Position numbers and translations under genes: made by a program. DNA of 64,000 nucleotides from a virus, in the IMG/VR virus record IMGVR_UViG_3300009124_000001. One strand, given 5' to 3'. Below the pieces are notes generated by a model. It searched no databases and was not told the DNA's origin. It worked only from the letters and a program-made list of their open reading frames with translations. Shown in pieces: positions 32,943 to 42,651 of this stretch; position 1 is the first letter of the stretch, and each line of letters starts with the position of its first letter.

Positions 32943-35123
32943 TTAGAAACAGGTTTCCGTTTCGGGATACACAAAGGCATCCACGGGGTAGTTGATTGTA
33001 TTTATGCCGCCGCCACCATAGTTCCATCCGTTGAAATTGAACGGATCGAAGTTAGAGATAGCGATGTCATCGACGTTAATATCTCTCGGATAAACCTCTG
33101 GGTTGAAGAGTGTTGGATCAACACCAGCGGGGATCTTGATAGATCCAGGTCCAGGAAGAACAACCACAGGAACTCTTGTAGTTCCATCTGGGGTGTCTGC
33201 AATATTCAAAGGTCCAACACAGACCTGTCCAGTCGAATAATCAACTGTGCCGACAGAGTTGTTCAGAATGACCTCTTTTTCGTTTCTGTTAGTAACCATC
33301 ATCATGTTACCCAGACCATCATCGCGAAGATTGACGGGAACTAGGGTAGTTGTGTTGGTTGTGGATGTGTTGAAGAGAACATTTTCAAGGGTGCTATTAC
33401 CACCTGCCAGAACTGCATCTGATGAAACAGTGCCTGTCAGGAGAGATCCTGCTGCTTCACCAGCAGCAATCAAATCGGCAACCTCTTCGGTATAACCAGT
33501 AGCGTAGAATGTTCCACTCTTGACTGAGGAGAACTTAGGTTTACAAGCGCCACCGCCATTGCCGCCACCATCGCCATCACTACCGCCGTCGCCGCCAGTA
33601 CCGTTCCCATCACCGCCGCCGTACTTATTGGGGTCAGTAATAGGATTGTCAAAGTCCAAACATTGTGTAAACTGATTGCCAAATGTAAATTGATCAAGAT
33701 TTTGTCCCAAAGACATGTGTGTAGTTGTACCAGCAATCGATGTGTCTGACGAATCAATCATCGAATTGAATTTGGACAGTTCCAAGCGACCACCAAAGCG
33801 ATCATTTCGATTCTGAGAGTTGAATTGATCAACAGACTTCAAAATTGCCGATGCAAGTTCATTGGAAGAACGAGATGTCTCGTTTCCATTGAATGTTGGA
33901 TATACTTTTGGTGAGATGTAGAAAATTCTAGGATCGACGATGATCGGTTCGATCGATGCCATAGAATAGTTCAGTAGTTGGTTCCTGATCCTCTTCTTAG
34001 TTGTGGTGTTGAGGTTAACACCTGTCTTGGATCTAACCGAAATGTAAACTTTGCCGTATTCTGGGGGAGACAACTTCTCTCCACCATATGCAGTGACTGA
34101 TGCTGCCTGAGGAAAGAGTTCAGACACTAGATATGCATAGTCTGCCTCAGTTACTGCTCTATTTTGGACAGAGAAAGACTTAGGAGCGCGATATTTGATG
34201 CTCAGACCAGTTTCGCGGTCTTCGCCATCCGCTGCGTTCTCGGTTGTGGTCATTGTGAGCGAAGCTGGCAGCACAATACGACCAGTATTGTCGATCAGAC
34301 GACCAATAAAGTTGAATTTGGTTGCACCATTTGCATCTGGACCATCTGTGTCGAGATATTCGATAGTGATGAACTCATTATCGATCAATTTGCGCCCAAG
34401 AACGCCATCACCGAAGGAAATTTTGTATCTGAGGTCTTCTGTCTCTTCAATAAAGTAAATACGAGAGGTAGAATCAAGTGCTGTGATGTTTTTGGCCAAC
34501 GAATACTCGTCAACTTCCACAGACTGCTCGTTTGGACGCACTAAAACTTTGATTCTTTCAGTATCTACGTTCTCGGATGGGATAATGTACTCAGGTCTAG
34601 CAGTATCATCAACTGTGTAACTATAACTGAGCAGGTTGCCCTGATAAATTGTAATTTTCGAGAAGGTAGCAATACCAGTGTTCTGGTCAACGTTACCTTT
34701 AACAGTATTCAGCAATGCATAAGTGTAAGATTCACCATCAACATTAGTGACGAAGACATCGCCCTTCTCAATTGTAACTGTGTCGGGGTAAGATTGCCCA
34801 CCAGGCAGAGTTGCCGCCTGTACGGTCATAGAAACGCACGCTCTGGACGATTTCTTAGACCTGGGGGTATACCCAATCTGCTTGGCGATCCTTACGATGT
34901 TGTCTCTAACAGTCGCAGATTCGAGGAACGCCTCATTCATCGACATGTTTGCCGTGAATGCTGCATAATATGTGTTGTATGCTAAGATATCGATCAAATA
35001 TGAGGCAGCAGATCCCTCAAAATCATAATCCGTGAACTCTTTACGAGTCCTCAGATAAGATCTGATAGATTCTTTGATCTCAAAAAAGTCTAGTGACGTT
35101 AATTCTGACGGAAGTGCTGCCAT
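32943..35123 (-). CDS. gp6: Baseplate wedge subunit gp6
   Basis: LDFFEIKESIRSYLR..EFTDYDFEGS...LIDILAYNTYY...NEAFLESATVRDN; QNRAVTEADY; PPEYGKVYIS. Confidence 0.93.
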   Translation of the reverse strand: MAALPSELTSLDFFEIKESIRSYLRTRKEFTDYDFEGSAASYLIDILAYNTYYAAFTANMSMNEAFLESATVRDNIVRIAKQIGYTPRSKKSSRACVSMTVQAATLPGGQSYPDTVTIEKGDVFVTNVDGESYTYALLNTVKGNVDQNTGIATFSKITIYQGNLLSYSYTVDDTARPEYIIPSENVDTERIKVLVRPNEQSVEVDEYSLAKNITALDSTSRIYFIEETEDLRYKISFGDGVLGRKLIDNEFITIEYLDTDGPDANGATKFNFIGRLIDNTGRIVLPASLTMTTTENAADGEDRETGLSIKYRAPKSFSVQNRAVTEADYAYLVSELFPQAASVTAYGGEKLSPPEYGKVYISVRSKTGVNLNTTTKKRIRNQLLNYSMASIEPIIVDPRIFYISPKVYPTFNGNETSRSSNELASAILKSVDQFNSQNRNDRFGGRLELSKFNSMIDSSDTSIAGTTTHMSLGQNLDQFTFGNQFTQCLDFDNPITDPNKYGGGDGNGTGGDGGSDGDGGGNGGGACKPKFSSVKSGTFYATGYTEEVADLIAAGEAAGSLLTGTVSSDAVLAGGNSTLENVLFNTSTTNTTTLVPVNLRDDGLGNMMMVTNRNEKEVILNNSVGTVDYSTGQVCVGPLNIADTPDGTTRVPVVVLPGPGSIKIPAGVDPTLFNPEVYPRDINVDDIAISNFDPFNFNGWNYGGGGINTINYPVDAFVYPETETCF

Positions 35124-35124
35124 T

Positions 35125-35538
35125 TTACGTTCTTTCTAAGAGGAATTCGATTACTTGAACTAATTCTTCACCGACAAGACGATATTCAATAGCAACATCA
35201 ACGGTTTGTTCATCATCAGAAAGACCAACCACAACATCTTCAATCTCAACACGCGGTTCAAGTCTCTCAATCGTGTTGATAATTTCATCCCTAATGTCCT
35301 CAGACGTAAAAACGTCGAAAGGTTCAAACAAAAGTCCTGTTACACGAGACCCAATGTCAAATTGAAAGGGTCTATCACCAAAATTTGTCAAGATAAGGTT
35401 CCGAACGGACTGCTTGATAGCATTCTCATTCTTGACAGTGCTAAAATCCTCCGTATTCGGGTTCTGGTTAAAGGACATAGCGAAATCCTTGTACCCCCGT
35501 GAGAGAAATTGCTCTGATCGGAACCTATACCTTGACAT
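35125..35538 (-). CDS. gp25: Baseplate wedge subunit gp25
   Basis: 137 aa; NENAIKQSVRNLILTNFGDRPF..DIGS, IERLEPRV: GPW/gp25 family. Confidence 0.92.
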   Translation of the reverse strand: MSRYRFRSEQFLSRGYKDFAMSFNQNPNTEDFSTVKNENAIKQSVRNLILTNFGDRPFQFDIGSRVTGLLFEPFDVFTSEDIRDEIINTIERLEPRVEIEDVVVGLSDDEQTVDVAIEYRLVGEELVQVIEFLLERT

Positions 35539-35547
35539 TATGACTGA

Positions 35548-35575
35548 TATTTATCAGTGTTCTGGATTATTTATA
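35548..35575 (-). promoter_or_regulatory. Tandem late promoters upstream of gp25
   Basis: TATAAATA at 35568-35575 and ATAAATA at 35548-35554. Confidence 0.7.
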
Positions 35576-35769
35576 GGGTCAGGTGGAGTATTATATTTTA
35601 AGAACTCGCGAAATGTCATTTTCATTTCGCGCTGAGACATGCCACAGTGTGCAGCGGCATTTGGAAGGTTCATCGTCGCATGAAAAAGTCCAAGATTTGA
35701 CTCTTGGACCAGTTCTGGCGTCGTTTCGACCTTAGGTTCCTTGACCACGGTAACGTTTCTGCTTGCCAT
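35554..35769 (-). CDS. Small conserved cyanophage protein (start uncertain: ATG 35769 or GTG 35748)
   Basis: TPELVQESNLGLFHATMNLPNAAAHCGMSQREMKMTFREFLKY; the ORF-track start at 35847 overlaps the upstream gene too far. Confidence 0.6.
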   Translation of the reverse strand: MASRNVTVVKEPKVETTPELVQESNLGLFHATMNLPNAAAHCGMSQREMKMTFREFLKYNTPPDPINNPEH

Positions 35770-35881
35770 TTCGTGAAGTTGCGCTGAGTGAGGTGTTTTT
35801 CGATCGACCTTGACGGGTCTTTTTGGGTTTGCCAGGTTGCCAGTCAACCTTGACGACGCCTACTTTTGATCGTGCTGCCAT
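35732..35881 (-). CDS. Small, highly basic protein (49 aa)
   Basis: MAARSKVGVVKVDWQPGKPKKTRQGRSKNTSLSATSRNGKQKRYRGQGT; GGAG Shine-Dalgarno upstream of ATG 35881. Confidence 0.7.
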   Translation of the reverse strand: MAARSKVGVVKVDWQPGKPKKTRQGRSKNTSLSATSRNGKQKRYRGQGT

Positions 35882-35900
35882 TTTTCTCCGTTTTAGGACC

Positions 35901-36443
35901 CTAAGATGATAGCACATTAGGTGACCCATACGCAACTACGCTGTTGCAGGGGTAAGACCACCCCATCCAACCAGGAGTTCCGATGCCCAGCGGATCTAGA
36001 ACTCGTCCGACAGGCAATTTGTTGGCAAAAACAGTCAATGTTGAAGAGAATAGGAACCTGATATGCCCTGTTCCTGCATTATCTTCGATTGTTAGGATTG
36101 AACAAGGTTCAGGAGTTGGCACTGGGCACAGGCCATTTTGGCAAGGACACATGTAGATGACAATATTTGTACACACTGAGACGTGTGGAGTGAACTGATC
36201 ACCAAAAGTCATTGCAGGAAGACCATTCACAAGCACAGTTGCCTTAATTGGATTGAGTGCAGTAAGAGGAACCAGTGGTTGTGGTGGCCACCAACAAGTC
36301 CATTCCTTGATTACGATCGAATATGGAATAGGCGGTGTCTTACATGCCTGCACAGAGTGTACTGTGGGAGGCACACAGATGCCGTGTCCTGAGTCTGGAA
36401 GACCCGTGATCGGTGCTATTGGTAGTAGGAGACCAAATGCCAT
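35901..36443 (-). CDS. PAAR-like spike-tip protein
   Basis: TVLVNGLPAMTFGDQFTPH...TVFANKLPVGRVLD...CNSVVAYGSPNV; Cys/His-rich; baseplate context. Confidence 0.75.
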   Translation of the reverse strand: MAFGLLLPIAPITGLPDSGHGICVPPTVHSVQACKTPPIPYSIVIKEWTCWWPPQPLVPLTALNPIKATVLVNGLPAMTFGDQFTPHVSVCTNIVIYMCPCQNGLCPVPTPEPCSILTIEDNAGTGHIRFLFSSTLTVFANKLPVGRVLDPLGIGTPGWMGWSYPCNSVVAYGSPNVLSS

Positions 36444-36446
36444 GTA

Positions 36447-39400
36447 TTATCCGTTAAAGAGGTTGTCTACGTCAGTAGAGAAGTCTGAGATGGTGGTGTT
36501 AACTTCGTCTTGATAGTCATAATCAGCATCGTAGAAGTCTTTCCAAGAGTCATCAGTGAACTTGATGTCCTTCGCACTGCTGTATTGCTTCCTCAGAAGT
36601 TTCTTATCACCAGGATCGTAACTAGAATTATGTATCTTCCTTTGTTTGATTGGTGGATTGGCGTTGATCACCTCAATTCTATTGGCAAAGACACCACCAG
36701 AGCACTCATCAAAGTAAGGATTGCCCATCTGCTTAGCAGTTTGACCAAAGACCATTGCTGATCCAGCACTCCAATTCTTAATTCCAAGTACACCTGAGTA
36801 TGGTCCCATCTTCATTCCTAACTGATCCATCACCTGAGGGTCAATAGAGATAGACAAATCATTCACATATTCCAAACAGAACTCATTTTGGTTAGCAGCA
36901 GAGGAGCTGCCAGTACCAAACAGCAGTGCATAGAGATATGAGATACCAAAGAAGCATGTAAATGTGGTGGGATATCCTTGATAGATCTGAGATTCCCAGA
37001 AAGTTTCACCATTAGTCCTTCCCTGAGTATTGTTTTCTCCACCTCCTTGCACATAATATGCGCTGTACACGTCGAGAACGCCATTAGCGTTGCCATTTCC
37101 GCCAGTTCTCTTTACATAGGTGTCCCAACATTCATGTTTTGGCATCCCATTCTGCAATCTTTCGACGGATGCAGTGTAAAATGAGGGGTTTGTGAACGAT
37201 CCACCAGGGGTTGTAGTTGTAGTGGACTGCCCTGTATTGGGGTCAACGGTAGTTGTTGACGATGATGGGACGGTATATGAGTCTTGTCTAGTGCGATATG
37301 AGAACAAATTGTCCCCTAACCAGACAGCCAGTTGTTCCAACTCAGTGAATCCACTCCTCTGCCAGTCAAAAGTGTTCTCTTCGAGACCCACAGGGACGAA
37401 AACAATGTCATTTCCACCCGAAGGGTCCCAATAACAACGTCCTTCAACCACCTGACCACCCGCTGCAAGCGATCTACGACACTTCCAGCACTTCCTTTTG
37501 TCCCCAACGACCACTGGACGAGGTTCCGTAAGTGTTGGCCGCGGCAATCCATGCAAGAAATCCATGAAATCTTCACCAGATGGACCAGTCGTCTTACCTC
37601 TAATCGACAAATTGATCTTCAAGTTGGCATCATCTGCGGTAGATCCACAATATTTGTAGACAATCCACCCAAATGCTCTACCAGTCTCGTTATCAATGTA
37701 AGGACAAGGTAGGTCAACGAACCTAGTTACGTTGTAAAACTTTGGTTGTGGGATCTGAATGCACTCCTGACCGTTATTCCAACCGAAGAAACTGGACAAT
37801 CTGCCCGCAGTGTTGTCAGCTTCTGCTGCTGCACTCTGAACCAATGGATATTGAGTGCTCATCATCTCCTTAAACTGCTCATTATTCCCCGTAATGTTCT
37901 TGACATCCTTCACTGTGAACAGAGAACCTGATACTAATTGCGGGAATTGGATATTTACACAACTCCCTGGGAGATTGCTACACAGAGATGTGACCTCAAC
38001 ATCATCTACTTCACCGATTTTGATGTATCCAGTAGGGTAGGTTGCGTTGAAACCATTCATCATTGTCTTGAAAGATCCAATAGTTCCGTCCTCCATGACG
38101 GAAAGGAACCCATCGATGTCATCACCTTCCTTCACTTTGCCTTTGAGGACATCTTTCAGTGTTTGTCTATTGGCAGTAACCGTGCCTTGACCTTCAATTT
38201 TATAGTCTTGCTTGTTGCTATTGGGGTTGAATGTATCACTAACAGCAGATTGTGCCTTTGTAGTGTTAGGTCCACGCATCTTGTATTGTTCGTTTTCAAC
38301 TTCAACCACAAAGATCTTGGGAGGATTGTTAGGATTAGTGTCATAACCCCTACCTCTATCTTTGATTAGAACCTCAACAATAGATCCATCCTTGTTCACC
38401 TTGGTAATTTCAAGGATAGCGGGACGCATTTTACCCTTACGACGAGACTCACTACTGGATACTCGTAGTTGCTTGTCTTTAATTTTCACTCTTTGTAGAA
38501 CTTTTTTGTTCTTTCTCTTGTCAGAACCCTCAATCTTGATGTCACTATTGTTAGCATAGGGATACTCTTCCCTACGTTCCTGCATATTGCTCTCGTAGTC
38601 ATCACGTAGAACTGCGGCAGTGTTCTTCTGAATCCTCTTGAATCCAAAGTTCAGGTCTTCACCATCATAGTTTTCGAGTTTGTTAGTCGGTGATCTGAAC
38701 TTGGGTGCGTCAAATTCAAACTGCTGTGCCACTTCTCTTGCCATATCCATGGCACCATACTCACTGAGTAGAGTAGGTTCTTGAATATGTGCCACAGGAT
38801 TCTTATATCCAAACCCAGCATTGGTGATAATGACGGATTCGATACGTCCATCTTCATCAACTGTGCAGGTAAGTTCTGCCTGATCAATAGTTCTTTGGTG
38901 TACCAGTGCGGTACTATCGATCTCTACCTTGTAGTAACTGAGTTTCTTGGGGAATTCATACACCCCAAAGAACCCTGCCTTGTCCTTAATCCCATATCCA
39001 GCAAGAACTTCGATGGATGCAGCATCTCTACCTGCTGGTGTAAACGTCTGACCTGCGGTAAATGCTTCCCCTTTGCCTTGCAGTTCCATGTAACCACAAC
39101 GCAACTTGTTACCAAAGTAGGCATACTCCGCAATTTCCCATCCATTGATGATGTCACCTGCCTTGAATCTATCCAGACCACCACTGGTATACCTGAACAA
39201 GATAGTCCTAGACTCAGTATCTACGGGTTTGAATGAATTCTCTACGCTCTCATTCGAGAAATCAGTCAGTTGTAGTTTAGTTTGTGTGGTCTTCCACGAG
39301 TCTTGACGGATCTCATAGAAGTGTGAGAAGTATTCTTTGGTGATAAGAGACTCATCGCACACACATCTCCTCAATGCTTGGTTGCCACTGGGGTCATTGT

Positions 39401-40754
39401 GAGATCTATTAGGACACTGATTGCGGTCACTGATAGAATACTGCACAGAAAAGATAGGACCTTTCCATGGATATGAGGTATCGAAGATATAATATACAAA
39501 CTGTGAGTCAAATGCGGAGTGAAATTCTAGATACTTAGGTACAGAACCCTTGACAGCACCTGCTTTTCCGTATGCCCACTCGAATAATGCGTCAGTATTG
39601 AGGATCTCACAGTAGTCTGGGTTACCCCATCTGGAATCTGGGTGCTTGGTGATGGAATATGTTTTCAGTCGATAGAAAGAATTGCGGAAATTGGTGACAG
39701 CAGTAGACAACATACCGTACTGGTCGTACGCTCTCAGGGGTCCTGCGTCAGCATCGAACTGATATTCATAGTTCTCATGAGTAAAGATGCCAGGAGATGT
39801 ATTAGGAAGTAAGTAGTGACCTGCAAGATCAGGTGCTTCCCAGTCATACCAACCAGCACGAGTCGCATAACTTACAGGGGCACCATAACCAGTAGGTCCA
39901 ATGATACCAACATCCTGATAGATCCTTCTGTTGCCAGAGTCAGAATCACTCAGGAAGACATAACCCACAATACCAACATACTGATATTCTTCGCCACGAG
40001 GATCCTTACAGTCAGGAACACCAGAAATACCTGTTTGTAGATTTACCTCGGTGGCAGGGTTTGCCGTATAGAAGTGATCTCTCTTACCACTAGATGATGG
40101 TCTGTAATACTCATACAGCGGTACAGCAGTCTCTCCACTCTCTGCATAGATGTTTGCATTGGAAAGAGATGAATAGATATGTCCAATCGTCTCAATGAAT
40201 ACATACCCACTACCAGGAGACGAACCACTCGTCGTCAACCATGTATCATTAATATCATTGTTATACCAATGGTTTAGAGGATTTGTGTAACTGCCCTTGT
40301 CGTTTCTAGAAACATAGAATACTGGGTCACCACGACGAGGTTCTCTGTTATATTGTTTTGCTACACCACTACCCCTACCTGTCTGTTCGCCAGTAAAGTC
40401 AGCAGGCCAACGTAGAGCAGAGCGGGGAGTGTACTTATGATCTCTATTGTCTTCACCAGAACGAAACCAACGATAGATTGGTTGTCTGAAAAAATCACAT
40501 TCTTCGATCTGTCCTAGACCAGGAATGAAACATGACTCATCATTATCCCCAATGTAGAACACGCGGTCCTGACCAAACACACTCCCCCCAGGACCATCGT
40601 CATCAAACGTGATACGATAGTTGGTCCCAGGTCCAGAGTGGTGTTGATAGGATTCGTAGTCGCCATCACTAGGACGCTGCCAAGTTTTCTGATACTCCTT
40701 GCCGTCGTCAATATTCGGAAAACTTCTCGCAGTGTCACTAATATAAATGCTCAT
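36447..40754 (-). CDS. Large virion structural protein (1435 aa)
   Basis: Late-promoter core upstream; contains 'PLYEYY..DHFYT..E..GYQYVGIVGY'-type repeats and 'I.SV.I.NAGFGY..P' modules shared with gp7; next to PAAR. Confidence 0.7.
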   Translation of the reverse strand: MSIYISDTARSFPNIDDGKEYQKTWQRPSDGDYESYQHHSGPGTNYRITFDDDGPGGSVFGQDRVFYIGDNDESCFIPGLGQIEECDFFRQPIYRWFRSGEDNRDHKYTPRSALRWPADFTGEQTGRGSGVAKQYNREPRRGDPVFYVSRNDKGSYTNPLNHWYNNDINDTWLTTSGSSPGSGYVFIETIGHIYSSLSNANIYAESGETAVPLYEYYRPSSSGKRDHFYTANPATEVNLQTGISGVPDCKDPRGEEYQYVGIVGYVFLSDSDSGNRRIYQDVGIIGPTGYGAPVSYATRAGWYDWEAPDLAGHYLLPNTSPGIFTHENYEYQFDADAGPLRAYDQYGMLSTAVTNFRNSFYRLKTYSITKHPDSRWGNPDYCEILNTDALFEWAYGKAGAVKGSVPKYLEFHSAFDSQFVYYIFDTSYPWKGPIFSVQYSISDRNQCPNRSHNDPSGNQALRRCVCDESLITKEYFSHFYEIRQDSWKTTQTKLQLTDFSNESVENSFKPVDTESRTILFRYTSGGLDRFKAGDIINGWEIAEYAYFGNKLRCGYMELQGKGEAFTAGQTFTPAGRDAASIEVLAGYGIKDKAGFFGVYEFPKKLSYYKVEIDSTALVHQRTIDQAELTCTVDEDGRIESVIITNAGFGYKNPVAHIQEPTLLSEYGAMDMAREVAQQFEFDAPKFRSPTNKLENYDGEDLNFGFKRIQKNTAAVLRDDYESNMQERREEYPYANNSDIKIEGSDKRKNKKVLQRVKIKDKQLRVSSSESRRKGKMRPAILEITKVNKDGSIVEVLIKDRGRGYDTNPNNPPKIFVVEVENEQYKMRGPNTTKAQSAVSDTFNPNSNKQDYKIEGQGTVTANRQTLKDVLKGKVKEGDDIDGFLSVMEDGTIGSFKTMMNGFNATYPTGYIKIGEVDDVEVTSLCSNLPGSCVNIQFPQLVSGSLFTVKDVKNITGNNEQFKEMMSTQYPLVQSAAAEADNTAGRLSSFFGWNNGQECIQIPQPKFYNVTRFVDLPCPYIDNETGRAFGWIVYKYCGSTADDANLKINLSIRGKTTGPSGEDFMDFLHGLPRPTLTEPRPVVVGDKRKCWKCRRSLAAGGQVVEGRCYWDPSGGNDIVFVPVGLEENTFDWQRSGFTELEQLAVWLGDNLFSYRTRQDSYTVPSSSTTTVDPNTGQSTTTTTPGGSFTNPSFYTASVERLQNGMPKHECWDTYVKRTGGNGNANGVLDVYSAYYVQGGGENNTQGRTNGETFWESQIYQGYPTTFTCFFGISYLYALLFGTGSSSAANQNEFCLEYVNDLSISIDPQVMDQLGMKMGPYSGVLGIKNWSAGSAMVFGQTAKQMGNPYFDECSGGVFANRIEVINANPPIKQRKIHNSSYDPGDKKLLRKQYSSAKDIKFTDDSWKDFYDADYDYQDEVNTTISDFSTDVDNLFNG

Positions 40755-41005
40755 TAGGGTTCAAGGACCTTAATTCTATCTTCCAACATATTTAGGCGGA
40801 CATACAGATCATCGAAGAGTTCCCGCATGTTGAGATAGTCCTCATACCCTTCTGGTTTATATTTGAGCATATCGGGTCCAGGTTGCGGCATGTGTCCGAA
40901 TGCCTTCTCCAATACACCAATTCTATTGCCAAGATTCTCTAACCCTTTGGCAATCATCTCCATGTGCTCTTTATACACATCAAGGAATTCTTCTTGTTGA
41001 TTCAT
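40754..41005 (-). CDS. Hypothetical protein, coiled-coil (83 aa)
   Basis: ORF with overlapping start/stop on both sides. Confidence 0.7.
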   Translation of the reverse strand: MNQQEEFLDVYKEHMEMIAKGLENLGNRIGVLEKAFGHMPQPGPDMLKYKPEGYEDYLNMRELFDDLYVRLNMLEDRIKVLEP

Positions 41006-41637
41006 AGGAATGGTACTGATAACATCATTTCATTGTTGGGTTCATATTCCTTACAATACATCATTGCTTCCGTAGTGTAAAGATCCCAGGCAAGTGCAAT
41101 ACGAAGATCATCTGATTCATTCGTTTCTACCTTGTGCTCTACCCATGATGGAAAGAGTGTCACCGTGCCTGCTTTCGGCATTGGTTTGAAGTTTCCCCCA
41201 TATGTAGAATATCCTGGTATCACATATTCTGTTGGTATCTTACTATCAGTCAATAACATATTACCTGATAGGAATGTGTTCTCATGTATTGAATGATGAT
41301 GAATAGGTAATGCTTCCCCTGGTTTCAATACATTGAACCATCCACGAATCCATACTCCTGTTGGCATCTCATATACAATCTGATTAGCAAATTGTGAGTA
41401 CATACTTTCAAGAATATCAAGAAGACCATAAATGTCCTCCTGAAAATAATTCTGCTCATACCATGGGGTGTTGGGATTCTGGGAAAGAATTTTTTCCACA
41501 AGTTCTATCCGAACACTGTCTACCCACATCGGCGCATCTACCAATGGCGCGAAGCGAGTATTAGGTTCCCAACTCCGCCACCAATATAACTTGTCGGAAG
41601 TACCGTAACGTCTCCCTGCACAATCCTCAATACTCAT
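41002..41637 (-). CDS. Fe(II)/2OG oxygenase (HxH...H type, TIGR02466-like)
   Basis: WFNV..PG..LPIHHH..FLSG; LFPSWVEHKV; RIALAWD. Confidence 0.85.
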   Translation of the reverse strand: MSIEDCAGRRYGTSDKLYWWRSWEPNTRFAPLVDAPMWVDSVRIELVEKILSQNPNTPWYEQNYFQEDIYGLLDILESMYSQFANQIVYEMPTGVWIRGWFNVLKPGEALPIHHHSIHENTFLSGNMLLTDSKIPTEYVIPGYSTYGGNFKPMPKAGTVTLFPSWVEHKVETNESDDLRIALAWDLYTTEAMMYCKEYEPNNEMMLSVPFL

Positions 41638-41673
41638 AGATAACCACGCGGATTTTTTCTCGGATTTTTTTTC

Positions 41674-41841
41674 TTAGATATCCTCTGACTTTTTCAGAAG
41701 AATAGTACCATCAATATCTTCACTCCATTCTAGAACGTCCCCTTCGACCCATCCGAGTTCCTCGATGAGTTCCTCTGGAAAGGTGATGTAAGGATTGTCA
41801 GACTCGTCTACTTGCACTGGGATAGTGTATCTCTTTGACAT
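41674..41841 (-). CDS. AbrB/MazE-like swapped-hairpin small protein (55 aa)
   Basis: Hand-translated MSKRYTIPVQVDESDNPYITFPEELIEELGWVEGDVLEWSEDIDGTILLKKSEDI; ITFP..L...LGW.EGD.L is AbrB-like. Confidence 0.7.
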   Translation of the reverse strand: MSKRYTIPVQVDESDNPYITFPEELIEELGWVEGDVLEWSEDIDGTILLKKSEDI

Positions 41842-41928
41842 GGGAATAATTCTCTAATATTTGTATATATGAGTATTCCCCCCAATACTGAGAAAGAACC
41901 CCCTTGTAGGGGATTCTAGGGGGGTCTC

Positions 41929-42063
41929 TCAGTCTTTCTCAGCACTCTCCCCTTCGGGGGGTGAACCTATGAGAGGTTCTGTGCCGTACTCCCAGTCATC
42001 GTAGTCCTCGTCATTGCGAATCTTTTTGTGGAGCTCGTTCTGTTGATTGAAGTCGTGTGTCAT
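41929..42063 (-). CDS. Small acidic hypothetical protein (44 aa)
   Basis: MTHDFNQQNELHKKIRNDEDYDDWEYGTEPLIGSPPEGESAEKD; GAGG Shine-Dalgarno upstream. Confidence 0.6.
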   Translation of the reverse strand: MTHDFNQQNELHKKIRNDEDYDDWEYGTEPLIGSPPEGESAEKD

Positions 42064-42172
42064 AGATAATCCTCACAGTTTCTCGCAGACATAACCATAT
42101 GTATCCTAACTCGTCCCTCAGAGTAATATTTCTATACTCAGAAATTTTTTGAGGTAGGGGGAAACGAAACAT
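42011..42172 (-). CDS. Hypothetical protein
   Basis: MFRFPLPQKISEYRNITLRDELGYIWLCLRETVRII...; overlaps the next gene by about 50 nt. Confidence 0.45.
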   Translation of the reverse strand: MFRFPLPQKISEYRNITLRDELGYIWLCLRETVRIIYDTRLQSTERAPQKDSQ

Positions 42173-42251
42173 TGAATAATATATCGAGGTCGGTGGGATA
42201 CTGTTGTAGGTTAGAGAGAAGGTACTTTTTAATATACCGCTACCGCGATAT

Positions 42252-42279
42252 AACATAACGGGGCAACGGTAACTGTCAA
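42252..42279 (-). promoter_or_regulatory. Putative sigma70-type promoter
   Basis: TTGACA-N16-TATGTT on the minus strand. Confidence 0.4.
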
Positions 42280-42284
42280 ATAGA

Positions 42285-42303
42285 GGGAGAGATTAACTCT
42301 CCC
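42285..42303 (-). terminator. Stem-loop over the stop codon of 42293..42487
   Basis: GGGAGAG-TTAAT-CTCTCCC perfect 7-bp stem, weak U-tract. Confidence 0.45.
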
Positions 42304-42487
42304 CAGTGACTACATCATAGCAGAATCCTTCGAGGATTAGGTAGTCGCACCACTGTGTATATTGTGTGAGTTGTTCATTCAAACCAGTGTCAATTAGGAA
42401 CTGTGCTAGATCGATTTGTTCGTCTGGTGGTAGTGAACCAGCATCATAAAGATCTAGCAGAGTTTCATACTTAGCAGGGATGCTCAT
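42293..42487 (-). CDS. Hypothetical early protein (64 aa)
   Basis: ORF track; ATGA overlap with the upstream gene. Confidence 0.7.
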   Translation of the reverse strand: MSIPAKYETLLDLYDAGSLPPDEQIDLAQFLIDTGLNEQLTQYTQWCDYLILEGFCYDVVTGES

Positions 42488-42651
42488 TGTGTAGAATAGC
42501 GGAGTGAATCAGTGAGTGCTTGTTGATAGTTAGGGAATGGTCCATACTTAGGACAACCATCGTAATCGTATCGCCAGAAGTGTTTACGATTCTTCTCCCA
42601 GATCTGTACAGCAACTGGGGGATTTGTGTCTAGTTGGATAGTCTTACTCAT
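42484..42651 (-). CDS. Hypothetical protein (55 aa)
   Basis: MSKTIQLDTNPPVAVQIWEKNRKHFWRYDYDGCPKYGPFPNYQQALTDSLRYSTQ; ATGA coupling on both sides. Confidence 0.7.
   Translation of the reverse strand: MSKTIQLDTNPPVAVQIWEKNRKHFWRYDYDGCPKYGPFPNYQQALTDSLRYSTQ

Noticed and set aside
41492-41500. Isolated TTTTCCACA
   Set aside because: Single copy inside an oxygenase CDS, explained by Val-Glu-Lys codons
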